A DNA stretch of 64,000 bases from an uncultured Verrucomicrobiae bacterium. GTDB lineage: Bacteria > Verrucomicrobiota > Verrucomicrobiia > Limisphaerales > Palsa-1400. Positions 41,398 to 51,665 of this stretch are shown here, one piece after another (the stretch's first letter is position 1; the number at the start of each line of letters is the position of its first letter). A program made the translations under genes and the position numbers. The DNA is taken from the NCBI GenBank assembly GCA_963707025.1, contig CAVPOM010000004.1, positions 640,001-704,000 of the forward strand. Direction: 5' to 3'. The notes beneath the pieces are model-generated. The model worked only from the letters and a program-made list of their open reading frames with translations. It did not search any database and was not told the DNA's origin.

Positions 41398-42099
41398 TTA
41401 TTTTTCGCCGGGCGGATCGGCCACATCCACTTTTACCGGCGTGGTGGGAATGCTCACCACCGGGTCTTCCGCCAGCAAGGCCGGTTCGTAGGGGATGACC
41501 AGCGCATGGGTTTGGTCTGTTTTGAAGAGCCGGTCCCCGCTTTTGGCGTGAACCACCACGCTCGCCTCCTTTTCCAGGGGGTAAATCAGTTTCAGCCCGA
41601 AGATCTGCAAATCAGGCGAGCCGGGAATTTTCTTCATTTCACCGCGGATGATTTCCACGTCTTTGAGGGGCCGCATCAGCTCGCCATAATGAATACTGTG
41701 GGAGCGAATGGGGAGGACCTTCAAGCCCACGAACCATCCCAGGCACATGGTGTCTTTGGGCTGGTTGACCACCAGGAAGGGGCGTTCGGCCAGGAGGCTG
41801 TCCCGCATGGGGAGGGAAAAGCCGCCGTTGGTCGGGTTCAGTTCCACCGGGATCCGTCCCTCCTTGCTGTCAACATAAACGATCAAATCCCGGATGGCGA
41901 CCTCCGGCCGGGTCGAAAACATCCCCAAATACATGTAGAGGTTGGTAAAGGTCAGGCTGAGGCGGGCCTGGGTTTTCTGCATCTGGTAGATCAACTCATA
42001 AGGAATGCGGGCCGGCTCCGCCGCCGGGAGCAGGAACGCCCAGAACAGCAGCGCGCAAATTCCCAGGGGCCTGGCTCTCCGGTTCATGGGCGGGAACAT
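41398..42099 (-). CDS. Secreted hypothetical protein (possibly DUF2987-like)
   Basis: Signal peptide (ALLFWAFLLPAA), then a globular region with FSLP...NQPK; directly follows ccsA. Confidence 0.6.
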   Translation of the reverse strand: MFPPMNRRARPLGICALLFWAFLLPAAEPARIPYELIYQMQKTQARLSLTFTNLYMYLGMFSTRPEVAIRDLIVYVDSKEGRIPVELNPTNGGFSLPMRDSLLAERPFLVVNQPKDTMCLGWFVGLKVLPIRSHSIHYGELMRPLKDVEIIRGEMKKIPGSPDLQIFGLKLIYPLEKEASVVVHAKSGDRLFKTDQTHALVIPYEPALLAEDPVVSIPTTPVKVDVADPPGEK

Positions 42100-42104
42100 T
42101 CCTT

Positions 42105-44036
42105 TTAAGTCGCGGCGGCGGCGGGCGCTCCCGGCGGCGGTGGCGGCGGCGCGGCGGCGGCCTTGAAGCTGGCCCAATGGCGTTGCGGCGTCAGCGCCAG
42201 AATGATGAGCGCGAGCTGGGAGGCGTCGAAAAACATCAGCCAGCGAAAGGCCGCGTCCATAAAGCCATAGGAGTGCAGGCCAATGCCCAGCATGTTGACG
42301 CCGAACCAGGAAAAACTGGTGACGATGTTGCCGAAGACGGCCAGGGCCATCAAGCCGCGTTCCCGGATCAGCCCGCCCCAGCGGGCGTGGAGAATAATCG
42401 CGTTCCACAACACAATCAGCAACGCCCCGTTCTCCTTGGGGTCCCAGCCCCAGAAACGGCCCCAGGATTGATCGGCCCAAATCCCGCCCAGAATCGTCCC
42501 CACAAAACTAAACAGCGTGGCGAAACAAACAATCCCATACACCATGCGCGCCAGCGTCCGGCCCAGCTCGGCGGTGAGGGAACGGGTGAAAAAGCCGCGC
42601 ACGATGTAAATGATGGCCAGCAGCCCCGCCACGAACATGGAGGCATAACCCAGCGTCACCACGACAACGTGGGTGGAGAGCCACAAGTTGGTGTCGAGCA
42701 CGGCGCGCAGCATTTCCATGGTGTCGCCCCGCCCCGGCGCGGTCCACAGGTCCTGCAAGGCCAGATGATGGGCGATGTTCAGGGTGATGAAGCCGATCAG
42801 TCCGGCACAAACCAGGCCGATGCCACCCTGGAAGAGCCGTTCCAGAACCAGGCCGAAGAGCACCGCCGCCCAGCCGATGAAGATGGCCGAGGAATAAAGA
42901 TTGGTGACCGGCGGGCGTCCTTGCAAATACATGCGGAAGACCAGCGCGAAGGTGTAAATGGCGAAGGCCAGGACGAGCAGGTAGAATCCCGATTTCCGCG
43001 CGGTGGGGGACAGATTGATCCAATACAAACATCCCAGGATCACCGCGGCCACGCAGATCACCATGCTCACATAAAAGGGCTGGATCTGGTTGAAAAAGAA
43101 TTCCTGCTCTCCCGCGGCCAGCGCGGCGGACAATCCATTGGCCCGCAGCCACTCGCGGTAATCGGCCACCGCCTGGTTGAATTCGCCCGGCCTGTCCGCG
43201 TTGAAGGCCCCGGCCATCCTGGCATAGTCCTTCATCGGCTCGCTCACCGTGCCCGAAAGAATGGCGTCCATAAGATTGGTCCCCACGTTGGACCAGCCCT
43301 GGCGCGGCTGGCCCGGGGCGGGAGGAATCATCAAGGGATAGGCGAGCTGCGAAAGCTCCTCGTAGCGGCGGAAAAAATAGGTGATGCTTTTCAAATCGTC
43401 CTGGTTGGCCGGTTTGCCTTGATCGGTGTTTTGCAAGGCGGCCCGGCCGGCGGGCAGACACTGCTGGTAAGCCTCCAATTCCTTCTGAAAATCTTCCGCC
43501 GCCTCCGGCTGGAGGCTGTTTTTGATGCGAAAATACAGTTGCAGGCTGCTATACAGGTGCAAGACGTCTTTTTGGAACGGCTGGCGCTGTTTCTCCGCCT
43601 CATCGCCCAATCCTTTCTCCGCCTCGAAAATCAACTGCGCCTGCTCCCGGATGAAGGGGTGCTGGTTGGTCAGGTCGTTGAAGGAGAATTTGGTCAATCC
43701 TTCCGTGGTCGCGCCCAGCTTCCCGGCCAGATCGGGATGTTGCACGCGAAAAATTTTCCGCTGATCGGCCAGTTCCGGATTGGTCATGGCTTCCAACAAC
43801 CATTCCGTGGCGCTCAGCCGGCCGCCGCTGGCGTTGGTCAGCGTGGAGGCGCCGCTGATGCCCAGAAGCGAATTGCGCGCCACCGAATCCAGCGGCTGCA
43901 CACGCCCGTTGAGCAGCACGGGCAATCTTCCCCAGGCCGCCACCTGGAAGCCGTTCGCCGGCTTGGGCGCCTGCAGGCCGGACAAAAACCAGGCGGCAAA
44001 AATTCCGGTCAAAATCCAGGGCAGCCATTTTTTCAT
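42105..44036 (-). CDS. ccsA: Cytochrome c biogenesis protein CcsA/ResC (System II)
   Basis: GRVQPLDS, PPVTNLYSS, WLSTHV, WWD motif GGIWADQSWGRFWGWDPKE, GLHSYG. Confidence 0.93.
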   Translation of the reverse strand: MKKWLPWILTGIFAAWFLSGLQAPKPANGFQVAAWGRLPVLLNGRVQPLDSVARNSLLGISGASTLTNASGGRLSATEWLLEAMTNPELADQRKIFRVQHPDLAGKLGATTEGLTKFSFNDLTNQHPFIREQAQLIFEAEKGLGDEAEKQRQPFQKDVLHLYSSLQLYFRIKNSLQPEAAEDFQKELEAYQQCLPAGRAALQNTDQGKPANQDDLKSITYFFRRYEELSQLAYPLMIPPAPGQPRQGWSNVGTNLMDAILSGTVSEPMKDYARMAGAFNADRPGEFNQAVADYREWLRANGLSAALAAGEQEFFFNQIQPFYVSMVICVAAVILGCLYWINLSPTARKSGFYLLVLAFAIYTFALVFRMYLQGRPPVTNLYSSAIFIGWAAVLFGLVLERLFQGGIGLVCAGLIGFITLNIAHHLALQDLWTAPGRGDTMEMLRAVLDTNLWLSTHVVVVTLGYASMFVAGLLAIIYIVRGFFTRSLTAELGRTLARMVYGIVCFATLFSFVGTILGGIWADQSWGRFWGWDPKENGALLIVLWNAIILHARWGGLIRERGLMALAVFGNIVTSFSWFGVNMLGIGLHSYGFMDAAFRWLMFFDASQLALIILALTPQRHWASFKAAAAPPPPPPGAPAAAAT

Positions 44037-45319
44037 GCGTCACTCCTTTTTCCGGCCAGGGCCGGTTGCAGGGCTTTGGCCGGCGGCGCGCCGCGGGCCG
44101 GGAGTGGCGGCGTCTGTTGCGCCCGCTTCCGGGCAAAGCCGGACAAGTGCATGAGGAATTGCACGATCAACCCCAGCGCCACCAGACTGCACGCCACATA
44201 GGGCGTGAGCGCGGCCGGATTGCGCACCACCTGCAAAATGGAAACGCGGTCACCCTCCTCAAAACTGGCCTGGTAAAACGTTTCCCCGCCATAGCGCAGC
44301 GGTGCGTTCATTCGGATCAGCACGTCCCGGTCCTCCCCGCGCGCCGGGTCGCGCAGGTGAATCTTGCTGGAAAAATTGCTCGGGATGTCGGTGCCGGCGT
44401 AAATGTCGTGTTTGAACTCCAACAAGGTGATCGTGTAAGGCTTGTAATAGCGCACCGGCCGCAGCGCCATTTCATACGTGCGCCCCGCCGCCTGGAATCT
44501 TTGCGGCTCGGTCAGCGGCTGGCGCAGCAGCCCGCCAAACTCCGCCTGCAATTCCTGCGCCAGCGGCGGCCGGGCCAGCCAAAAGGACACCGTCCAGTCG
44601 CCCAACGAACGGTTGCCGTCCACCACCTCGACCAGCGCGGTGGGCCGGTTTTCGTCGTCCATCCGTTTGGCCTCGGGGAGGGGCGCGAAGAGAAGCTGCC
44701 GGCCGATTCCCTGGCTGGCTTTGAGTTTTTCGCCGCCGCCGGACATCGGGCCGGCCGGGGTTGAGTTTTGAAAATAAGTCTTGACGCGCAAGGCGAAGGG
44801 CAGGCCGGGGGGATGCAGTTCCCCGCCCTGGGCCAGGAGCGCCTCCGGGATGGACACCACCCGGTCGCGTCCGGGATCGGTCACATCCGTCACCGCCAAT
44901 TCATGGCGGCGGCTGTCTTCGGTGTAATTGCCCGACCCGCCCACCGGCAGCCGCATCTGGCTTTCGATCTGAAATGTCTCCGTCAGGAATTGGCCGGCCA
45001 GCAGAATGATCAAGCCGGCGTGAACGAGCAGAATGCCGGTCTTCTTTTTGCTGAGTTGAAATCGTTTGATATGGGCCGCCAGCAAATTGAGCAGCAGCGC
45101 CAGGCCGATCGTCCAGCCTCCCGGAAAGACCGGGATCCGCAGGTGCGATCCCGCCGGCGTCCAATGCACAACAAAGCTGCGGAAAATCTGCGTCTGCGCG
45201 TCGTAAAGCCCCATGTGAACCTCTGCCAAAGTGCCGAAGAAAACCAGCAGGAGCGCCAGCGCCAGCAGGACCACGGTCAGGCGCAGCAACGTCAGGAAAT
45301 TCAGGCAGTTCTTCAGCAT
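44033..45319 (-). CDS. Cytochrome c biogenesis protein ResB/CcsB-like
   Basis: LRLTVVLL..FFGTL, GILLVHAG, NFSSKI, MNAPLRYGGETFYQAS; ATGA overlap with ccsA. Confidence 0.85.
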   Translation of the reverse strand: MLKNCLNFLTLLRLTVVLLALALLLVFFGTLAEVHMGLYDAQTQIFRSFVVHWTPAGSHLRIPVFPGGWTIGLALLLNLLAAHIKRFQLSKKKTGILLVHAGLIILLAGQFLTETFQIESQMRLPVGGSGNYTEDSRRHELAVTDVTDPGRDRVVSIPEALLAQGGELHPPGLPFALRVKTYFQNSTPAGPMSGGGEKLKASQGIGRQLLFAPLPEAKRMDDENRPTALVEVVDGNRSLGDWTVSFWLARPPLAQELQAEFGGLLRQPLTEPQRFQAAGRTYEMALRPVRYYKPYTITLLEFKHDIYAGTDIPSNFSSKIHLRDPARGEDRDVLIRMNAPLRYGGETFYQASFEEGDRVSILQVVRNPAALTPYVACSLVALGLIVQFLMHLSGFARKRAQQTPPLPARGAPPAKALQPALAGKRSDA

Positions 45320-45322
45320 GGC

Positions 45323-46435
45323 TCAGGGGTAGCGGACGGTTTGGACGAATTGGGTGAAGGCATCTTTTTCACGGGCCACGACCGCGCCCGCCCCCATCAA
45401 TTTATAGAACCAGGTCTGGCCGGCGTGCGGCACGGTGACGGCCACCATCCGGCTGGGCTGGCCGCCGGCGTCTGTGCCGGTCAGATCCACCAGTGTGGCC
45501 TTTCCGCCCAGCACATCCAGGGATGCCGTGGCCTTCGCCAGCCCATCCTCCGCAATGTCCGGCAAATTCAACTGCCTGCGCCAGCGATTAACGTTGGCCA
45601 GCGTGCCGCCGCCTTCGCCGCCCAAAACGCTGATGCTGACAACGGCTTTCTGGCCCGCGTCGCCCGCGATGGAGAAGCTTTTCATCACCATGGCGCCGGG
45701 CGGGGTTTCCATCCAGTTCGCCGGGGTGTTCCATTTGGGTTGGTCGTTGGAATTGCCAGGGGCGGCCATGCCCATGCCCATGCCCATGCCCACGCCGGTC
45801 ATGCCCGCGTGCGGATCGGCCTTCGTCACGGCGGCATCGCTTCCGCCGAAATGGACCGATTTTAGAAACTCAAGAAAAACCGGTTTCGCTCCTGCCACCA
45901 CTTCCGCGTCTCCGCGCATTTTAAAAAACCACGAAGCGCCGTCGCGCGGAATCATCGCCACCACCGTCCGTTGCGAGGCGCCCGCCATCTCGTAAAGTTT
46001 TCCTTCGTTGGAATCCACCACCGTCTTTTCGGACACAATGTCTTTTTCCGTGATGTCGCCCAGGCCGACCTCCTGCCGCCAGCGGTTGACGTTGGCCAGC
46101 GTGCCTCCCACGTCGCCGGGAAAGGAGGTGATCGTCACCTCGGCCTTTTTGTCGCCGGGCCCCGGCACCACAAAATTGCCCAGGCGGATGCTGTTGGGCG
46201 GCATTTCCTTCCAGCCGGGCGGCGTGGTCCAATGGACGGCGGCGGAGTTGACGGGGACCGGCGGGGCATCCGCGCCCATCATGGACATGCCGGGGGTCCC
46301 CTGGTTCTGGGCCGCCGGGGCTGGCGCCGCCGGTTCCTTGGGGGCGTCATAACTTTTGATTTGATTGTCGCGCCGGCATCCCGCCAAAAGGCCGGTCACC
46401 AAGCACGCCGAAACAACTGCGCAAGATAATTTCAT
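45323..46435 (-). CDS. Lipoprotein with tandem duplicated domain, first gene of the ccs operon
   Basis: Lipobox LLAGC; two copies of W.TP..W...GGTLANVNRWR...WF.K(M/L); DPHAGMTGVGMGMGMGM linker. Confidence 0.75.
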   Translation of the reverse strand: MKLSCAVVSACLVTGLLAGCRRDNQIKSYDAPKEPAAPAPAAQNQGTPGMSMMGADAPPVPVNSAAVHWTTPPGWKEMPPNSIRLGNFVVPGPGDKKAEVTITSFPGDVGGTLANVNRWRQEVGLGDITEKDIVSEKTVVDSNEGKLYEMAGASQRTVVAMIPRDGASWFFKMRGDAEVVAGAKPVFLEFLKSVHFGGSDAAVTKADPHAGMTGVGMGMGMGMAAPGNSNDQPKWNTPANWMETPPGAMVMKSFSIAGDAGQKAVVSISVLGGEGGGTLANVNRWRRQLNLPDIAEDGLAKATASLDVLGGKATLVDLTGTDAGGQPSRMVAVTVPHAGQTWFYKLMGAGAVVAREKDAFTQFVQTVRYP

Positions 46436-46672
46436 TTCGAGTGAACACAACATAGCACGCCCCGCGCCGGGCAAAAGACGTTTTTTTCGTTTCCCGTGGC
46501 ATCAACGTGGCACCCTTTGGGCTTCGCCGATCCTGGGCGGGGGCTTGCCAGACATCTGCGATTGGCGGAATCTCCTTGAATTTGTCGTGAAGGACTGCGA
46601 ACAATTGCAACCAAATTATGACAGCGCCGTGGCGCGAAGCGGCGACGAGTCGAACTGAATGGACGACAAATC

Positions 46673-48100
46673 ATGCTAACAAATCTCCAGCTCAAGAACT
46701 TCAAGATTTGGAGGGACACCAAGCCTTTTAAGATGGCCCCCTTGACGGTCCTGTTCGGCACGAACAGTTCGGGCAAAAGCAGTATCGAGCAATTTTTCTT
46801 GATGCTCAAACAGACGATGGAATCCTCCGACCGCAAGGTCGTAATTTATCCCGGGGACCGGGACTCGGCGGTAAACCTCGGCTCGTTCGAAGAACTCGTC
46901 TTCGCCCGCGATCCCAAGAACAAGCTCGAATTTAACTTTGAGTGGAGCTTGGCAAAACCCCTTACCATCAAAGACCCCCGCTCTGAATTCGCCTGCTCTG
47001 GAGACCACCTCCGCTTCTCCGCAGACGTAGGCATGGCAGGAGAAAAGCACCCTAAGCTCGCCGTGGGTCGGTTTGAGTATGAACTCAAGCAGGACGGCAG
47101 CGACGTGATGCGCGTGTGGGTCGTGCGCAAAGCCGGCGAAAAGATCGAATACAAACTTGACGCCTCACCTTATACCCTGATTCGCAATCAGATGCGGGCC
47201 TGGCCGCTCGGCGCCCCCACCAAGTTCTTCGGCTTCCCGGACGAAATTCCGGCCTACTATCAAAATGCCGACTTTGTGCAGGATTTCAGCCTCCAAATGG
47301 AGCAATTGCTTCGCTCCATCAGCTACCTGGGCCCGCTGCGATCCAAGGGCGAAAGGCTCTACTACTGGACCGGCGGCGAACCTGCAAGTGTCGGCTATTC
47401 CGGTGAGAATACGATTAGCGCCCTCCTCGCCGCTAAAGCACGCCAACTCAACACCGGAAGGAAAAAGAGAAGGAAGCCTTTCGAACAGTTTATCGCCGAG
47501 AAACTGCATCAGCTTGAACTGATTGATGAGTTCGAAGTAAAACAGATATCCGAGCATCGCAAAGAATACGAAGTGAAGGTCAAGACGCCAGGTTCCCCAT
47601 TCTGGGTGGACGTTCCTGATGTCGGCTTCGGCATTTCACAGGTCTTGCCCGTCTTGGTGCAGTGCTTCTACGCGCCCGCTGACTCGATTCTCTTCATCGA
47701 ACAACCGGAATTGCACCTCCATCCCAAAGCCCAATCGAACCTCGCGGACTTGTTCATCAATGTTCTATCTTCTCGGGTTGACGGCAGGCCGCGCAACATT
47801 CAACTCGTGATCGAGACACATTCCGAACATTTTCTTCACAGACTCCAGCGCCGTATCGCCGAAAACCACCCGGATCGTCTTATTACTCCCGACCAAGTCG
47901 CCGCTTATTTTGCTTACACCACTGGCGCCGACTCAAAGTTGGAGCCACTCCAGATTGACCTCCTTGGTAACGTCATTAATTGGCCGGAGAATTTCTTTGG
48001 CGACAGCATGGGCGATCTCACGGCCATGACCCAAGCGGCAGCCCTGCGCGAACAGGCGCGCACCATTCCAAATATCCAACCGAAGGCTGCCACAGAGTGA
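46673..48100 (+). CDS. ABC-type (AAA_15/AAA_21) ATPase with DUF3696-like C-terminus
   Basis: LKNFK, Walker A GTNSSGKS, DVGFGISQVLP, FIEQPELHLHP, VIETHSEH, C-terminal IDLLGNVINWPENFFG. Confidence 0.9.
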   Translation: MLTNLQLKNFKIWRDTKPFKMAPLTVLFGTNSSGKSSIEQFFLMLKQTMESSDRKVVIYPGDRDSAVNLGSFEELVFARDPKNKLEFNFEWSLAKPLTIKDPRSEFACSGDHLRFSADVGMAGEKHPKLAVGRFEYELKQDGSDVMRVWVVRKAGEKIEYKLDASPYTLIRNQMRAWPLGAPTKFFGFPDEIPAYYQNADFVQDFSLQMEQLLRSISYLGPLRSKGERLYYWTGGEPASVGYSGENTISALLAAKARQLNTGRKKRRKPFEQFIAEKLHQLELIDEFEVKQISEHRKEYEVKVKTPGSPFWVDVPDVGFGISQVLPVLVQCFYAPADSILFIEQPELHLHPKAQSNLADLFINVLSSRVDGRPRNIQLVIETHSEHFLHRLQRRIAENHPDRLITPDQVAAYFAYTTGADSKLEPLQIDLLGNVINWPENFFGDSMGDLTAMTQAAALREQARTIPNIQPKAATE

Positions 48101-48624
48101 GCGCCGTGGTGATTGATACGAACGTCCTGCTCGTAGCCGATGGTAAAGCCAACCAGATGTCGGCAGGTTGCCGCGCGGAATGTGCGCAACGCCTTGAAGC
48201 GGTCAAAAAAGGGGATCGCGTTGTCTTGGATCAGCAGTGGTTGATTTTGCGTGAGTATCAAAATAAACTCAGTCCGTCCGGCAAACCGCCAACGCCAGGG
48301 AACCTCTTTCTTAAATGGCTGATGACAGTCTGTCGCAATGAGCAACATGTCTCACAAGTTTCGATCACACCAACGAATCGGGATCAAACGAAGTTCGCGG
48401 AGTTTCCAGACGACGAGCCTCTTGAATTGGCATTCGATCCGGAGGATCGAAAGTTTGTTGCAGCCGCGCATGTGCATCCAGACAATCCACCAATTTTAGA
48501 AGCAGCCGATTGCAAATGGCTGGGTTGGGAAGCCAGTCTGAAACGACATGGCATACAACTGGAAGTTCTCTGCCGGTGCGAACTTGAATTAATTCGGAAA
48601 CGCAAAAAAGGTGCGGGAACATGA
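48097..48624 (+). CDS. PIN-domain-like nuclease
   Basis: GTG start overlaps the ATPase stop (GTGA); acidic tetrad VIDTNV, ILREY, DPEDRKFVAAA, EAADCKW. Confidence 0.75.
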   Translation: MSAVVIDTNVLLVADGKANQMSAGCRAECAQRLEAVKKGDRVVLDQQWLILREYQNKLSPSGKPPTPGNLFLKWLMTVCRNEQHVSQVSITPTNRDQTKFAEFPDDEPLELAFDPEDRKFVAAAHVHPDNPPILEAADCKWLGWEASLKRHGIQLEVLCRCELELIRKRKKGAGT

Positions 48625-49310
48625 CCGATGCCTTCCACAAGTTTCCCCACACGCCCCATCTGCTTTGGCTCGGTCTTGGATCGCCGCGTGACGACAAAAT
48701 TCTCAAGGCGGCAGAGGCCGCTGATTTCCTGTCCGCGGAAGTAATCGTCGAAGAGAAGGTGGACGGGGCAAATTTAGGTTTGTCTCTTGGCCCCGACGGC
48801 CGTGTGCGCGCCCAAAGTCGCGGCAATTATCTTGCCTCCGGCCGCAGTCATGCCCAATGGAATCCTCTCTGGCCGTGGCTTGCCGAACGACGTGATATTT
48901 TGGAAAATGGTCTGAGCAACGGCTTGGTAATTTTTGGTGAATGGTGCTATGCCCGGCACACTGTTCCTTACGACGCCCTGCCGGACTGGTTTCTCGGTTT
49001 CGATATTTTCGAAGTTGCTTCACGACGCTTCTGGTCGGTGGAGCGGCGGAATGAGTGGCTGCGACAGAAGGGCTTGGTTTCGGTCCCGGAAGTCAAACGA
49101 GGGCATTTATCCAGCAAGCGCCTGCCTTCCTTGCTGGGCAATTCCGCGGTTGGAAGCACGCCGATGGAGGGCATTTACTTGCGGCGCGATCAGGATGGCT
49201 GGCTCCAGGCACGGGCCAAGGTTGTCAGCACGGCCTTTCAGCAGCAAATTGAGGAACACTGGACACGTCGTACCGTGACCCCAAATCAACTGGCGCTGGT
49301 CCATGTTTGA
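48621..49310 (+). CDS. ATP-dependent RNA ligase family nucleotidyltransferase (Rnl2-like, stand-alone)
   Basis: ATGA overlap; KFPHTPHL, motif I EEKVDGAN, QSRG, IFGEW, FLGFDI, MEGIY, RAKVV. Confidence 0.87.
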   Translation: MTDAFHKFPHTPHLLWLGLGSPRDDKILKAAEAADFLSAEVIVEEKVDGANLGLSLGPDGRVRAQSRGNYLASGRSHAQWNPLWPWLAERRDILENGLSNGLVIFGEWCYARHTVPYDALPDWFLGFDIFEVASRRFWSVERRNEWLRQKGLVSVPEVKRGHLSSKRLPSLLGNSAVGSTPMEGIYLRRDQDGWLQARAKVVSTAFQQQIEEHWTRRTVTPNQLALVHV

Positions 49311-49342
49311 AAAACCGCCGATGCCGGGAGCACCTTCCAACC

Positions 49343-51585
49343 ATGAACTCTGACATCCCCGGTTGGCGCACGGACTTCGACAGGGAGTTTACCGCCGCGC
49401 GCCTGGCGCTGCTGCTGGGCGTGCTCATGCTCGTCTCCTATCCGGACATCGTCCTTGGCACGCACGCTTTCTTTTACCGCGATACCGGGCAATTCGGGTT
49501 CCCGGTCGCGTATTATTTGCGGGATTGCTTTTGGCGCGGCGAGGTTCCGCTGTGGAATCCTTACAATAATTGCGGCCTTCCCTTTCTCGCCCAGTGGAAC
49601 ACGCTGGCCCTTTATCCGCCGTCCTTGTTCTACGAGTTGCTGCCTATGCCCTGGGCGATGAACTTTTTCATTCTGGGCCATGTTTTTCTGGCGGGAATCG
49701 GGATGTACTTTCTGGCCTTGCGCTGGTTTGGCAATCGCCTGGCCGCCAGTTTCGCCGGCCTGATTTTCGCCTGGAACGGGCTGGCTCTGCATTGCTGGAT
49801 GTGGCCCTGCCACATTGCCGCCCTGGCCTGGATGCCGTGGGTGGTGCTGCTGGCCGAACGGGCCTGGAGCGGAGGCCAACGCCCTGTCGCCGGGGCGGCG
49901 CTGGCCGGCGCATGCCAGATGGTGACCGGCTCGCCGGAAATAATCATCTTTACATGGCTGATCGTGCTGGGAGTTTTCCTGCCTCGAGGTCTGGCGGCAA
50001 AAGCGTTTGTCCTGGGGCGGGGCGGGGCGGCTGGCCTCGGTGGTCGTGCTCGTCACGGCCCTGAGCGCGGCGCAACTTCTGCCCTGGCTGGATTTGCTGG
50101 CGCACGGCGACCGCACCACGGCTGTCGGCGACAACACCTGGGCGATGCCGGTGTGGGGCGCGGCCAATTTTCTCGTCCCGCTTTTCCGCATGACCTCATC
50201 GCTCAGCGGCGTCTGGATGCAACCGGGCCAGGAATGGACAACGTCTTATTACGCGGGCATCCTCACGCTGCTGCTGGCGTTGCTGGCGGTGGCGAAGGTG
50301 CGCAACGCGCGGACCGCCTTGCTGGGCCTGCTGGCTTTGGGGGGCGTGCTTTGTGCCATGGGCGATTCCGGCCTGCTCCTTAAAATTTTGAAAACGCTCG
50401 CGCCCGCTTTGGGTTTGACCCGTTTCCCGATCAAATTTGTCGTGGTCACGATTTTTTGTTTGCCGCTGCTGGCGGCCGCGGGAATGGTCTGGCTGCAGAG
50501 CGGCGCGGCGTGGCGCGCGCGCCGCAGCTTGCTGGTCATCGGCGGAGCGCTCGCCGTCGCGGTGGCGGCTCTGGCCTTTGGCGTTCCCTATGCCGAGGAC
50601 TCGCGCCGCGTGGTTGGGGCCAATGGCGCCGTGCGCCTGCTGATTCTCGCGGCGGGACTGGCCGCCATGCTTTTTCAGCCGCGCCTTCCGCGCAAGGCGG
50701 GACAGCTCGCAGTCTCTTTCGCGTTTTTATTTTTGTCCGGCCTGGACATCTGCACCCATGTCCCGCGCCAGAACCCAACCGTTCCCGTCCGGGACTACGG
50801 GGCCCTGACTCCGCCCATGACCGCCGTGCCGCGCCTGGGAGAATCGCGCGCCATGCCGGGCCGGGCAGGCCCAGGACCTGCTGCTCAGGCTGGTCAATCC
50901 GGACTTGGAGACCCATTATTTGGGACAGCGCTCCATGCTCTTCAGCGATTGCAATCTGCTGGATAAAATTCCGAAAGTGAACGGCTTTTTTTCCATTCAT
51001 CCGCGGGAAGAAGCCGCCGTGGCCCGGCTGCTCTATGGCTCGAACTCGTTGCCCCGATTGGAGGAATTCCTCGGCGTGTCGCAACTGGGCGTCGCCCAAA
51101 TTTCCCCGCTCAAGCTGGCTTGGGAGCCGCGCACCAATTTCATGCCCTGGGCCACCCTCGGCCAGCAGCCGCTTTTCCTGGATGACGACGCCACCCTGGC
51201 CGCGATGAGCCGGCCCGATTTCGCGCCGCGCGCCGTGGTTTATTTGCCCTCCGATGCGCGCGAAAAGGTTTCCGCCAGGGCCGATCCGCGGGCGCGCCTG
51301 GTGTCAAGCACGATCACGGCGGAGAAATGCGCCTTTCAGACGCAGGCGGCGACCGCCACCATGCTGGTGATGGCGCAGGGCTGGTATCATTGCTGGCAAG
51401 CCTCGGTGGATGGGAGCGGCGTTCCGTTATGGCGGGCCAACGGCGGATTTCAGGCTGTTGAAGTCCCCGCCGGCAATCATCAAGTTCTGTTTGAGTACAA
51501 AGACCGCGCCTTCCAACTCGGCTGCGCAATTTCCGTCGTGGCCTTGTTAGGTTGCGCAGTCCTGTTTTTTGCAAAGAACAAGTAA
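49343..51585 (+). CDS. YfhO-like multi-pass membrane protein (GT-C type), split by apparent frameshifts
   Basis: [22 protein letters not shown] at the N-terminus; many TM segments; [11 protein letters not shown]...[20 protein letters not shown] at the C-terminus; frame changes near 49990 and 50860-50905. Confidence 0.8.
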
Positions 51586-51665
51586 CGCCGCCCGCTCCGG
51601 CCCTGTCTGGCGGAGTAGAGCCGGGATATGAGATTGCGCAATCGGCAGAGCTATGGTGAGGCAAG

